Positions 35,884 through 46,500 of a stretch of 47,266 nucleotides of DNA are shown here, in pieces (position 1 is the first letter of the stretch; every line of letters begins with the position of its first letter). The stretch lies in assembly GCA_003516285.1 (NCBI GenBank), contig DPCK01000113.1, positions 1 to 47,266 of the forward strand, read 5' to 3'. This DNA comes from Lutibacter sp. Lineage in GTDB: Bacteria > Bacteroidota > Bacteroidia > Flavobacteriales > Flavobacteriaceae. The notes beneath the pieces are model-generated. The model saw only the letters and a program-made list of their open reading frames with translations. It was not told the DNA's origin and ran no database searches. A program made the position numbers and the translations under genes.

Positions 35884-38471
35884 TATGCTGAATTTCTGCT
35901 TGCGTTAATATTTCCGAACAAGGAGCGCGTTACCATTTTTTCATAGATTTTAATTAAATCTGCATCAGGATTTTCTTCATTTTGAAGTTCCTGAATTTTG
36001 CGAAGCGCGAATTGTTGAATGGTCAACAAAGGTAACACAATATTTTCACGAATAACAATAGACGCCTTTCCAACTTGGTTGCTTTGCATCAATTCGGTAT
36101 AATCTGAAAGTTTTAAAATGAGTCGTTTTGATGTTTGGTATTCCGTGTGAATAATTTCCCAAAACTCCCCAAATTCAGCGTCTTTTGCCATATATTCTGT
36201 TAATTCAAAAAACGATTTTGTAAGCGACATCATACTGTTTCCAATTAATGTTTTAAAGAAATCCGAATGATGGTAGAACTGTTTCAATTTTTCAAATTCA
36301 CCGCTGTCTTCATATTTTTTCAAAGCAGTTCCAACGCCATAAAATCCGGGAACATTTTGTTTTAATTGGCTCCAGGAACCCACAAAAGGAATGGCCCGCA
36401 AATCGGCAAAATTCAATTCTTTTGATGCTGAACGTTTAGAAGGCCGGCTTCCAATATTGGTTTTTGCGTAATATTTTAAAGTGCTCATACGCTCCAAATA
36501 CGGCATAAACTTCGGATGATTTTTAAAATCGACATAAGCTTTGTAGCTAGTCAACGCCAAATCGTCCATAATTTCCGCATCACTTTTTGTCATAATGTTG
36601 TTGGAATTGCTAAACAATTCGTTCGAAATTCCAGCACTCAACAACTGTTCAATATTAAATTGCGCAGAATCCAACGTGCCAAAATTTGAACTGATGGTTT
36701 GTCCTTGCACCGTTAATTGTATTTCTTCATCTTCAATAGTTGGCCCCAATGAAGCATAAAACTGGTGCGTTTTTCCTCCGCCGCGGGCTGGAGGTCCGCC
36801 GCGCCCGTCAAAAAATATGACTTTTATGCCGTTTTTTCTGGAAATTTCGGTCAGATTTTCTTTGGCCAGATAAATGGCCCAATTTGCCATTAAATAGCCG
36901 CCGTCTTTGGTTCCGTCAGAAAAACCAAGCATAATGGTTTGTTTGTTTCCCCTATTTTTAAGATGGTTTTTATAAGTGCTGTTTGCATATAATTTTTCTA
37001 ACACACTTGTTGAATTTGTTAAATCATCAACGGTTTCAAAAAGCGGAATAATATCAACGTTTATGTTGTGGTCAAATCCGCATAAATTAAACATCGCAAA
37101 AGTTTCCATCATATTTAAAGCCGACTGGTTGTTGCTGATGATATAACGATTTGCGCCGCGTTCGCCGTTATTTTCCTGAATGGTTTTAATGGCTTGAATC
37201 GAACCCAAAGTTTTTACCACCATTTCATCATCAAAAATGGACAAATCTACTTTGCCGGCAACTTTTGAAAGAATCTCAATTTGTTGATTTTCTGAAAGTT
37301 CCAAATAGTTTTCAGGAAAAATAATCGTTCCTTTTTCTGATAAAGTGTTGACAATTTGAACAAAAACATCGTGATGCACGCGGCTGTCCTGACGAATATC
37401 CAATGTCGCAAAATGATATCCGAACAAACGAACTTTATTGATAAAATCATTTATTTCTTCTAAATATAATGATTGATGTCTTGAAATGATAATCTCTCTG
37501 ATCTCAACTAATTTAGTCAGAAATTCGTTTAAAGGCATCATCGTGTTGATTTCTGTATTCACGCTGTTTTCGAAAAGCACAGCTTCCAATGCTGAAATAG
37601 CTTCTTCAACGCCGGCAAAAGTCAGGCGTCTTTTCAGCAAACGAATATCGCGATGGTAATTTTTTAGGATGGTTTGTTTTAAACGTTTTGCAACATCCAA
37701 AGTGATTTCTGTGGTCACAAACGGATTTCCGTCCCTGTCGCCTCCAGGCCAAAAACCCAAATTAATAATCTCATTGTCAATCGGCTGATTGTCGAAAATA
37801 TTACTTTGAATGTAATTGTAAACGCCAGAAACCGAATGATAAAATACGTTTTCCAAATACCAGATCAAACTTACGGCTTCATCAAACGGCGTAGGTTTTA
37901 CGTGTTTAAAAAACGGCGTTTTACCCAATTGCGCCAAAAGCTGATTTATTTTCAGCAAATCATTTTCCTGAATGGCTTCCGTTAAATCTGTGATAATTCC
38001 TAAAACGGCTCCAGGATAAAATTGTGTTGGATGCGCTGTTAAAACCACCCGAACCTTAAAATTTTCCAAATGCTTTTTTAAGGCTTCTTTTTTATTTTCC
38101 AAAGCTGCGGTTTCTTTGCTGTTTCGCAAAGTTCCCACACCGTCCATATTGTTTACAATGGGAAAAGCAGCATCTTCAATGGCATCAAACAACACCACTT
38201 GGCGTTCAATATATTGTATAAAACGAAAAAGTAAATTTATTTTTTCTTTTTCTGAAGGGTTTTTATGGTAGGTTTTAAAAAAAGTCTCCACTATTTCGCT
38301 TGGATTTTTTTTGTTTGAAAACCCATTTTCGCAAACTTCGTGAAAAAGCGGCAGCATAACGCCAGTTTTTGTAATGGCATCAAACGGAAGCGTCATAAAA
38401 ATACTGTTGTAAATACGGTATTTTGATAATACGTTTTCGTTGAATCTGGTAAGTTTTGGTAGTTTGTGCAT
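35883..38471 (-). CDS. ppc: Phosphoenolpyruvate carboxylase
   Basis: VLTAHPT, GGDRDGNP, LDIRQ, PLFET, MLGFSDGTKDGG, GRGG, LRAIPF. Confidence 0.97.
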   Translation of the reverse strand: MHKLPKLTRFNENVLSKYRIYNSIFMTLPFDAITKTGVMLPLFHEVCENGFSNKKNPSEIVETFFKTYHKNPSEKEKINLLFRFIQYIERQVVLFDAIEDAAFPIVNNMDGVGTLRNSKETAALENKKEALKKHLENFKVRVVLTAHPTQFYPGAVLGIITDLTEAIQENDLLKINQLLAQLGKTPFFKHVKPTPFDEAVSLIWYLENVFYHSVSGVYNYIQSNIFDNQPIDNEIINLGFWPGGDRDGNPFVTTEITLDVAKRLKQTILKNYHRDIRLLKRRLTFAGVEEAISALEAVLFENSVNTEINTMMPLNEFLTKLVEIREIIISRHQSLYLEEINDFINKVRLFGYHFATLDIRQDSRVHHDVFVQIVNTLSEKGTIIFPENYLELSENQQIEILSKVAGKVDLSIFDDEMVVKTLGSIQAIKTIQENNGERGANRYIISNNQSALNMMETFAMFNLCGFDHNINVDIIPLFETVDDLTNSTSVLEKLYANSTYKNHLKNRGNKQTIMLGFSDGTKDGGYLMANWAIYLAKENLTEISRKNGIKVIFFDGRGGPPARGGGKTHQFYASLGPTIEDEEIQLTVQGQTISSNFGTLDSAQFNIEQLLSAGISNELFSNSNNIMTKSDAEIMDDLALTSYKAYVDFKNHPKFMPYLERMSTLKYYAKTNIGSRPSKRSASKELNFADLRAIPFVGSWSQLKQNVPGFYGVGTALKKYEDSGEFEKLKQFYHHSDFFKTLIGNSMMSLTKSFFELTEYMAKDAEFGEFWEIIHTEYQTSKRLILKLSDYTELMQSNQVGKASIVIRENIVLPLLTIQQFALRKIQELQNEENPDADLIKIYEKMVTRSLFGNINASRNSA

Positions 38472-38536
38472 AATTTAAATTTCAATCGGGAAAATTACAA
38501 AAGCTTGGTTAAATGGTTGTTTTTAAAATGTTAATT

Positions 38537-38550
38537 TAACGAAATCGTTA
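38537..38550. promoter_or_regulatory. Palindrome upstream of ppc, possible LacI-family operator
   Basis: TAACGA-AA-TCGTTA. Confidence 0.3.
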
Positions 38551-38708
38551 TTTTTTGTGCAGAAATTTATTACCGCAATAAATCAGCTATTACTATTTCT
38601 TTGTGAATCTTCGTGGTTCTCTGTGAAACTTGGTGAAATAGTTTTGGCTAAAAATTCACAAAGAAAACTTGAAACCTGAAACCAGAAACTCTTTTTAAAA
38701 CTTCCGTC

Positions 38709-40055
38709 TTAATGACTTATCTTCAAAATTTTTGAAGTTGTTTTTGTGACTTTAAATCGGTCGTCTAATCGCATTCCAACCACCCAGACAATGTCGTTTT
38801 TGGAGCACAAAATCCAGGTATTTTCTTTATCAATCAACGAACATTTTTCATCTTTAAAAAATTTGCTCACTTTCTTTTTGCCATTCAGGCCAATAGGAAA
38901 AAAGAAATCTCCTTTTTGACGTTTTCTCAGAATCAAAGGAAATTCAATGTTGTCGAAATCTATGGATATGGTATTTTTATCGTCAAAAATCAATTCCTCC
39001 AACACTTTATTCTGATGATTTTTTGTGTCAAAAGTAATGGTATTTGTTTCAAATTTCAATGCAATTGGTACATTGATTTCAGTGCTATTTTCTGTAATCT
39101 CAAAGCGTTCAATTTTTTCCTGTTGTAGTATTTCCGATAAAATCAACACTTCCCGGTCTTTTAATAAACGATGTGTTTTGCTGAAAACCTGTTTTCCGCT
39201 TTGGCATTCCAGCAAATCGGCAACATCATTCCACTCGGTAAAACCATAATCTTTTAAAATTTCAAACAAATAGATTTTCGGGTTGCTCAATTTTTTTAAT
39301 TCATCAATGCTAAAATGCAATTCATTTTTGTGAATTTTAGTCATTTTTTCTTTCACATTTTGAATGCGATCCTTTACAATTTGCTGACTTCCTTTTAAAT
39401 TTTCCAAGGTGTTGTAAAAAGTCTCCAGCAAATTTGGATTTAACTCTTTCAAAACCGGGACGATTTTATGCCGAATTTTATTTCTCACATATCTAATGGA
39501 AGAATTGGTGCGATCTTCCCGCCATTGTATCTTTTTTCTGGTGGCGTAGACCATAATTTCGTTCCGCGAGAAAATCATAAACGGACGCACAATATTTCCC
39601 TGAATTTCAGGAATTCCTGTTAATCCGTCCAAACCGGTGCCGCGGGTTAAATTAATGAAAAAAGTCTCTAAAACATCATCTTTTTGGTGACCGGTTATAA
39701 TGTAATCGATATTGTTTTCTTTGGCAATTTTTTGAAACCAGTCGTAACGCAAATCACGCGCTGCCATTTGGGTTGAAATTCCCTTTTCTTCTGCGTAGGC
39801 TTCAGTTTCAAATTTGATGGTGTAAGTTTGAACCGCTAATTTTTTACCTAATTCTTTTACAAATTCCTCATCTTCATTACTCTCTTTTCCCCGCAATGAA
39901 AAATTGCAATGCGCCAGTGAAATTTTAAAATTTAATTTGTGCAATAAACGCGTAAGAACCACGCTGTCAATGCCTCCAGAAATGGCGATAAGCAGATTTT
40001 TATCATATAAAAATGAAAATTTCGCATTGATATGTTCTTGAAGTTCAGCTCGCAT
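38709..40055 (-). CDS. tilS: tRNA(Ile)-lysidine synthetase
   Basis: AISGGIDS PP-loop, AARDLRY, GHQKDD..ET, EDRTN, RNKIRH, TilS C-terminal domain. Confidence 0.96.
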   Translation of the reverse strand: MRAELQEHINAKFSFLYDKNLLIAISGGIDSVVLTRLLHKLNFKISLAHCNFSLRGKESNEDEEFVKELGKKLAVQTYTIKFETEAYAEEKGISTQMAARDLRYDWFQKIAKENNIDYIITGHQKDDVLETFFINLTRGTGLDGLTGIPEIQGNIVRPFMIFSRNEIMVYATRKKIQWREDRTNSSIRYVRNKIRHKIVPVLKELNPNLLETFYNTLENLKGSQQIVKDRIQNVKEKMTKIHKNELHFSIDELKKLSNPKIYLFEILKDYGFTEWNDVADLLECQSGKQVFSKTHRLLKDREVLILSEILQQEKIERFEITENSTEINVPIALKFETNTITFDTKNHQNKVLEELIFDDKNTISIDFDNIEFPLILRKRQKGDFFFPIGLNGKKKVSKFFKDEKCSLIDKENTWILCSKNDIVWVVGMRLDDRFKVTKTTSKILKISH

Positions 40056-40071
40056 AATTTTGTAAATATAA

Positions 40072-41406
40072 TTATTTAACGTTTACCAAAACCTGTTTCA
40101 TCGCTTTTGCTTTCAATAAACATTCTTCATATTCTTTTTCCGGAATTGATTGCGCTGTAATGGCTCCGCCAACCGAATAGGAAATGTATTTTTTAGCGGC
40201 ATTGTATAAAATACTGCGGATGATGACATTGAAGTCGAAATCGCCGTTTGGGGTAAAATAACCAACAGCGCCCGAATACAATCCGCGTTTGGTTTCTTCC
40301 AATTCCTCCATTATTTTCATCGCCGAAATTTTTGGTGCCCCTGTCATGCTTCCCATCGGAAACGTGTTTTTTATGATATCAACAGAGTGAAGTTCATTTT
40401 TTACCAAACAAGAAACGGTAGAAATAAGTTGATGCACTTGCTCAAAAGTATAAACTTTGCAAAGTTCCTCCACTTTTACGGATCCTTTTATGGCGAATCG
40501 GGAAAAATCATTGCGCACCAAATCCACAATCATAATATTTTCGGCGCGTTCTTTCGGATTTTGTTCCAATTTCGCAATCAATTTTTCGTCGGCTGTTTTG
40601 GTGGTTGCTCTTTTCTCGGTTCCTTTTATGGGCTGGGAAATGAGCATTTCATCCACTTTTTTTAGATAACGTTCGGGTGATGCCGAAAGCAAATAGTTGT
40701 TATTGAATTTAAAAAATGTCGCAAAAGGCGCTTTGGAAATTTTATTTAAATGTTGGTAAACTTCCACCGGATCAATCACAGAATTTTCGCTGTAAAATTC
40801 CTGGCAAAAATTGGCTTCGTAAATATCGCCTCTATGAATGTGATTTAAAACGGTGTTTATTTTTTTGTAATAATCGCCTTTATGAATACGGAGTTTTATT
40901 TTAATTTGATTTTTGGCTTTCGACTTTCGGCTTTCGGCTTTTGACTTTCTTATTTTTTCTAAATCAGTTTCAATTTCTTGCTCAAATGCAGAAATGTATT
41001 TTATTTCTACTGAATTTCCTTTGATGAATAACAATTTTTTAGGCTGAAAAAAGAACAAATCAGGAAAATTTAATCCGTCGAAATTAGAAGAAGTCAAGTT
41101 TTCAACATCATTTTTTAAATCGTAGCCGAGATACCCGAAAATATAATCTTTAACCTCCGATTGGTATTTTTTTAATTGTGAGAAAGCATTTTCATAAGAA
41201 AATTCAATTTTTGAAACAGCATCAACGGCCAAAACCGCGTCAAAATTTGAATATTTTTGGTCGTAGTTATTGCTGTCCAGCCAAACCGCCACTTCAAACT
41301 GTTGCGCCCAAAGCAACAATTGCTTTTTGAATTCAGAAATATTGACAATCTGAATATGAATACTTGTTCTTTTCAAAGTTAAAAAGTTAATTTCCCTTCG
41401 GTGCAA
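40072..41406 (-). CDS. pabB: Aminodeoxychorismate synthase component I (anthranilate synthase I family)
   Basis: GDIYEAN, SASPERY, PIKGT, AENIMIVDLVRND, FPMGSMTGAPK, RGLYSG; start uncertain (TTG 41406 or 41376). Confidence 0.9.
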   Translation of the reverse strand: MHRREINFLTLKRTSIHIQIVNISEFKKQLLLWAQQFEVAVWLDSNNYDQKYSNFDAVLAVDAVSKIEFSYENAFSQLKKYQSEVKDYIFGYLGYDLKNDVENLTSSNFDGLNFPDLFFFQPKKLLFIKGNSVEIKYISAFEQEIETDLEKIRKSKAESRKSKAKNQIKIKLRIHKGDYYKKINTVLNHIHRGDIYEANFCQEFYSENSVIDPVEVYQHLNKISKAPFATFFKFNNNYLLSASPERYLKKVDEMLISQPIKGTEKRATTKTADEKLIAKLEQNPKERAENIMIVDLVRNDFSRFAIKGSVKVEELCKVYTFEQVHQLISTVSCLVKNELHSVDIIKNTFPMGSMTGAPKISAMKIMEELEETKRGLYSGAVGYFTPNGDFDFNVIIRSILYNAAKKYISYSVGGAITAQSIPEKEYEECLLKAKAMKQVLVNVK

Positions 41407-41437
41407 TGTTATTAAGTTATGACTTTGACGCTCTTTT

Positions 41438-41514
41438 TTTGTCCTTCCGAGGCACGAGGAATCTCATAATGGTTAGCTAATTTGATGTGATTCCTCCTTT
41501 GTCGCAATGACAAA
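41438..41514. repeat. REP-like imperfect inverted repeat (GTCATT.CGA family)
   Basis: TTTGTCCTTCCGAGGCACGAGGAATCTCA ... TGTGATTCCTCCTTTGTCGCAATGACAAA; degenerate third arm near 41535. Confidence 0.6.
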
Positions 41515-41577
41515 TATCCCTAGCTTAATGACATTGTCCTTCGGGCCTGCCAGCAGTCGAGGTAGGGGCTAGGGGGC

Positions 41578-42978
41578 CTAAGAATGTATCGCCCTGTCAT
41601 TAACAGCCAAACAAGCTTCCTTAAATGCCTCAGTATAGGTTGGATGTGCGTGCGAGGATCGTGCAATATCTTCCGATGATGCCCTGAATTCCATCGCAAT
41701 TACCGCTTCTGCAATCATATCGGCCGCTCTGGCGCCAATCATATGAACGCCTAAAATTTCATCAGTAACAGCATCGGCCAATACTTTTATCATTCCGTCG
41801 GTATCCATACTTGCCCGCGCTCTTCCCAATGCGCGCATCGCAAAAGTTCCCGATTTGTAGTTCACTCCGGCTTCTTTCAACTGTTCTTCCGTTTTGCCAA
41901 CGGCAGCAACTTCTGGCCAGGTGTAAACAACGCCCGGAATTAAATTGTAATCGATATGCGGTTTTTGACCAGCAATCAATTCGGCCACCATCGTTCCTTC
42001 TTCTTCCGCTTTATGGGCCAACATCGCGCCTTTTACCACATCGCCAAGCGCATAAATATTTGAAACATTGGTTTGCAAATGTTCGTTGGTTTCAATTTGT
42101 CCTTTTTCGTTTACTTTGATGCCAATAGTTGCAAGTCCCAATCCGTCGGTATAAGGTTTTCTTCCCACGGAGATTAAAGTGTAATCTCCTTTAAATTTTA
42201 CCGGATTGCCTTTTTTGTCTTCAGCAATCACCACAACTTCTTTTTGGTTACTTACTGCGGAAGTCACTTTGTGGCCGGTATAAAATTTAAGTCCTTGTTT
42301 TTTTAACGATTTTTGCAATTCTTTGGAAAGCATCAAGTCCATTCCCGGAACAATGTTTGGCATATATTCAATCACAGAAACTTCTGAACCCAATCGGCTG
42401 TAAACTGAACCCAGCTCCAAACCGATAACACCACCTCCAATAACGATTAAATGTTTTGGGATTTCAGTTAAGTTTAACGCTTCTGTGGAAGTGATGATTC
42501 TTTTTTTGTCCATTTTAATAAATGGCAGTATTGCAGGTTTTGAACCGGTTGCAATAATGGTATTTGAAGCTTCAATTTTTTCTGAAGTTCCATCAGCTTT
42601 TGAGATATTAATATGTGTGGCATCGGCAAAACTTCCGACACCTTGATAAACGGTAATTTTATTTTTATCCATCAAAAAATTGATGCCGCCAGAAGTTATT
42701 GATACCACTTCGGATTTGCGGGCAATCATTTGTTTGAAATTTATTTTCAATCCCGAAACTTCAATGCCGTGTGTTTCAAAATGTTTTGTGGCTTCATAAT
42801 AATGGTGCGAAGAATCCAACAAAGCTTTTGACGGAATGCAGCCCACATTTAAACAAGTGCCGCCCAAAGTGCTGTATTTTTCGATAATGGCAGTTTTTAA
42901 TCCCAATTGTGCGCAACGTATTGCGGCAACATATCCACCGGGTCCCGAGCCTATAATGGCAACATCATATGTATTCAT
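41578..42978 (-). CDS. lpdA: Dihydrolipoyl dehydrogenase
   Basis: GSGPGG, GGTCLNVGCIPSK, GGGVIGLE, MLAHKA, HAHPTYTE. Confidence 0.97.
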   Translation of the reverse strand: MNTYDVAIIGSGPGGYVAAIRCAQLGLKTAIIEKYSTLGGTCLNVGCIPSKALLDSSHHYYEATKHFETHGIEVSGLKINFKQMIARKSEVVSITSGGINFLMDKNKITVYQGVGSFADATHINISKADGTSEKIEASNTIIATGSKPAILPFIKMDKKRIITSTEALNLTEIPKHLIVIGGGVIGLELGSVYSRLGSEVSVIEYMPNIVPGMDLMLSKELQKSLKKQGLKFYTGHKVTSAVSNQKEVVVIAEDKKGNPVKFKGDYTLISVGRKPYTDGLGLATIGIKVNEKGQIETNEHLQTNVSNIYALGDVVKGAMLAHKAEEEGTMVAELIAGQKPHIDYNLIPGVVYTWPEVAAVGKTEEQLKEAGVNYKSGTFAMRALGRARASMDTDGMIKVLADAVTDEILGVHMIGARAADMIAEAVIAMEFRASSEDIARSSHAHPTYTEAFKEACLAVNDRAIHS

Positions 42979-43310
42979 AATCTTTAAATCTTGTTGAGGT
43001 ACAAAAATAGAATTTTTATTTGGCTATTGGCTATCCGCTAAAATTATTTTGGCAGATAAATTTGAATTTGGGCTTATTTATTTATACCTATTAATAAGGT
43101 GTCATTTGTTTTGTTTAAATAATTTTTAAACTCCAATAAAATGATTTAAATAGTTGATAATTAGTAAATTAAGTAATTATGTAACAGAAATCACATTTAA
43201 CCAATTGTATTTTAAAGGCTTTTATTTACCATTTGTTGATAATTATCATCCGTTTGTTAAGTTTCTAAAAAATAGCCATTTACAAGTATTGCCATACTAA
43301 ATTTCCGTTT

Positions 43311-43318
43311 TATATTTG
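43311..43318 (+). promoter_or_regulatory. -7 element for the giant adhesin gene
   Basis: TATATTTG with TTG 19 nt upstream; implies a ~180 nt leader. Confidence 0.5.
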
Positions 43319-43500
43319 TTATGTAAAATGAAAGTTGTACCCCACAAAATTCATAAATTTTTTGCCCCACATATAGTAACACTAAGGAGTGTTATCTATA
43401 AAAGTTATCCGAAATAATGATTTTAATCGCTTAACGGAATAAGTTTTTGCGACCCCATATTTTAAGGTTTTGATACTGAAATTATTTAAATAAAAAGATT

Positions 43501-46500
43501 ATGAAAAAAATTACTCTTATTAATTTAGCGACTTTTTTAGTTTTGTTGTTTTCGACGGTGGTTGGGTATTCGCAGCAAGTCTTGATTACTACTTCCCCAA
43601 CTGAAGAAGTAGGGTGTAATCCAGCAGCTTGCGTTGCAAATGACGTAGAGTTTGGAAAGGTTTATTTAGGAGATGCCAGTGGAACACCCATAGTAGATTG
43701 TGTTGCAGGTCAAACTCTTCCACCTCTATATATTTGGGTTCAAATTACCAAAGCAAGTTCCAAATGGGATTTATATTTTCAATTTGATTTGTTAATCAAC
43801 GGGGTTAAAAAAAATATTGATGGAAATGATTTAATTGATGACACCAAATTATTAACGATTGCTATTCCAGGAGCCATTCAAGTGGCTAATTACAGAATGG
43901 CAGAAATTACAAATTATGTTTGTGGACAATCATTAGAGTTAAAAAATATTTATTTGAGTTGGGATACTTCAGGCCAAGCCGATGGAATCCCAAGTTGTGC
44001 ATCCACTTCTAAATGTAGTAAGAACTATCAATCAGGAATAGTTGTTATTACTCCAATTATTGCAGATTTCAGTGCAACTCCAGATTGTACTACAGGAGCA
44101 TATCAACAGGTGGTTTACAACAGTACAGGTACTGGTGGCTCTTTAAATAATTCTTATAGCTGGAGTTTTGGTGCTGGAGCGTCTCCGGCAACCGCAAATA
44201 CTTTTGGGCCACATACTGTTACCTATTCAAGTGGAGGCGATAAAACAGTTACCTTGACAGTTACTGATTTAGATAATCCAACAAATACTGATACAAAAAC
44301 TAGAACTGATGTGACAGTTGTAGCCTGTTGTACCGTAACAATTAGTTCCATTAACAGAACCAATGTGTTATGTTATGGAAATTCTGATGGTACAGTAACA
44401 GCGACTCATACAGGAGGAGTAGGTTTAATAACTTATAATTTATTGTATTCAGCAACTTCAGGGGGAGTTTTTACAAATGCAAGTGCAACTGATGGTGATT
44501 TAGACGGTAGCTACACTGGTTTAGGTGTTGGATTTTATAAAGTAGTGGTAACTGAGGGCAACGGATGTAATGAGACAAGTTCTGAAGTTGAAATTACACA
44601 GCCTTCAGCAGCATTAACTTCTTCAATATCTTCACAAACCAATGTGGATTGTTTTGGAAATAATAACGGAAGTGTTACAGTGGCAGGTGCTAATGGAACT
44701 TCACCTTATACTTATGCCATAGATGGAATTACTTTCGGCTCAAGCGGAACATTCAGCAGCCTCATTGCTGGTTCTTATACCATTACGGTTAAAGATTTCA
44801 ACGGCTGTACTAAAACTCAGGCAGTAACCATTACACAACCTACTGCAGCTTTATCAGCAAACGCAACAGGAGAATCACTTTATTGTGAGGGAGATTCTGA
44901 TGGAGATATTACATTGACAGTTCAAGGCGGAACAGCATCTTATACCTATTCTTGGAAGAAAACTGGAGATAATGTAACAGTTGTTTCCACAGATCAAAAC
45001 CCAAGTGGTTTATCAGCAGGAACTTATAATGTAATAGTTACAGATGCAAATGGATGTACAACTACTGCAAGTGCTACTATTATTGATGGTGATGGAATCG
45101 ACCCAGTTGTAACTGCACCAGCAGATTACACTTTAGAAGGTTGTGATACAAACGCAATTTTAGGAAGAACATATTCAGAAGCTGATGTTACTGTTGCAAG
45201 CCCTTATACTGGTTTAACCATTGTTGAAACTGGAACAGGAATAGCCTCTGTGACTTATAAAGATTCAAAATCAGGAACTTGCCCAATAGTTGTGACCAGA
45301 ACTTTTACGGTAACAGACAACTGCGGTAACATAGGAACGGATACACAAGAAATTAGCATTATTGACACAACAGCTCCAACACTATCTATTCCGGCAAATG
45401 CTGGTATAGAATGTACAGCTGACATTACTCCAAGTTCATTAGGAATGGCAACCGCTACCGACAATTGTGATGGCACCTTAACACCATCATTTACAGATGG
45501 TGACTGTTTTGGCTTGGAAAATGAAAAAGAAGTAAATGCAGGAGGCGGTATTTATCAATATTTCAATATTTCCGGAATGGCAGGTTTAAACGTGAATTCG
45601 ATAAAATCTTTCAACTTAACTTTTGAAACAAATCAAGGAAAAGGAAGAGCAGAATTCATATTGGTGGCACCAAACGGAAAAGGAATTGTTTTGGTGGGCC
45701 CTTATTGTGCAGGAGGAAATTGTGATGATTTAGATGGTGGAGTGGAAGTTTACTCACCTACATTTTATCCTAGCACCTCAGTATATCCTGCTTGGGTTAA
45801 CAGCGATCTTATTGCTGAAGGATTAGGTAACTTCGAACCAAATGGAGGAACATCTCCTAATTCAGGAAGTATTACTGGTTTAACCAATGGTTTGGTTTCA
45901 ACATTTGAAGCTTTGACGGCGGGTATGGCCAGTTTAGACGGACAGTGGTTTGTATATTCAAAAAAACAAGAAAATGTGAACGGAAACGTACGGTTTATCA
46001 GTTCTTGTTTAACACCAGCATTGAGCGCTTCTTGCGCGAATAATGATGTTATTATAAGAGAATGGACCGTTACTGATGCTTGTGGCAATGGTGCTACCAA
46101 AAATCAGGTAATTGTAATTTCCGATACAACTGCACCTTTGGTTACAGGTTCTATTACTGATACAGAGTTGGAAGGATGTTCAATTTCAGTTGCACCTGCT
46201 GCCGTAACAACAGTGGCTGCTTTAGAAGCACTGATCGGAAATTTAAGCATTTCCGATAACTGCAGTGCCGATGCTAATTTATCAGTATCTTCAAGTGATG
46301 CAGTAAACGGAACTTGTCCGATCGTCATCACCAGAACTTATAAAGTAACGGATGAGTGTTCAAATATAAGTGTGGATATTATTCACACCATTAAAATAAA
46401 TGACACCACCAAACCAACAGGTACTGCACCTGCAAATATAACTGGTTTGAAAAAAATATCAGATGTACCTGTCCCTGACGTAAGTTTGATTACTGATGAA

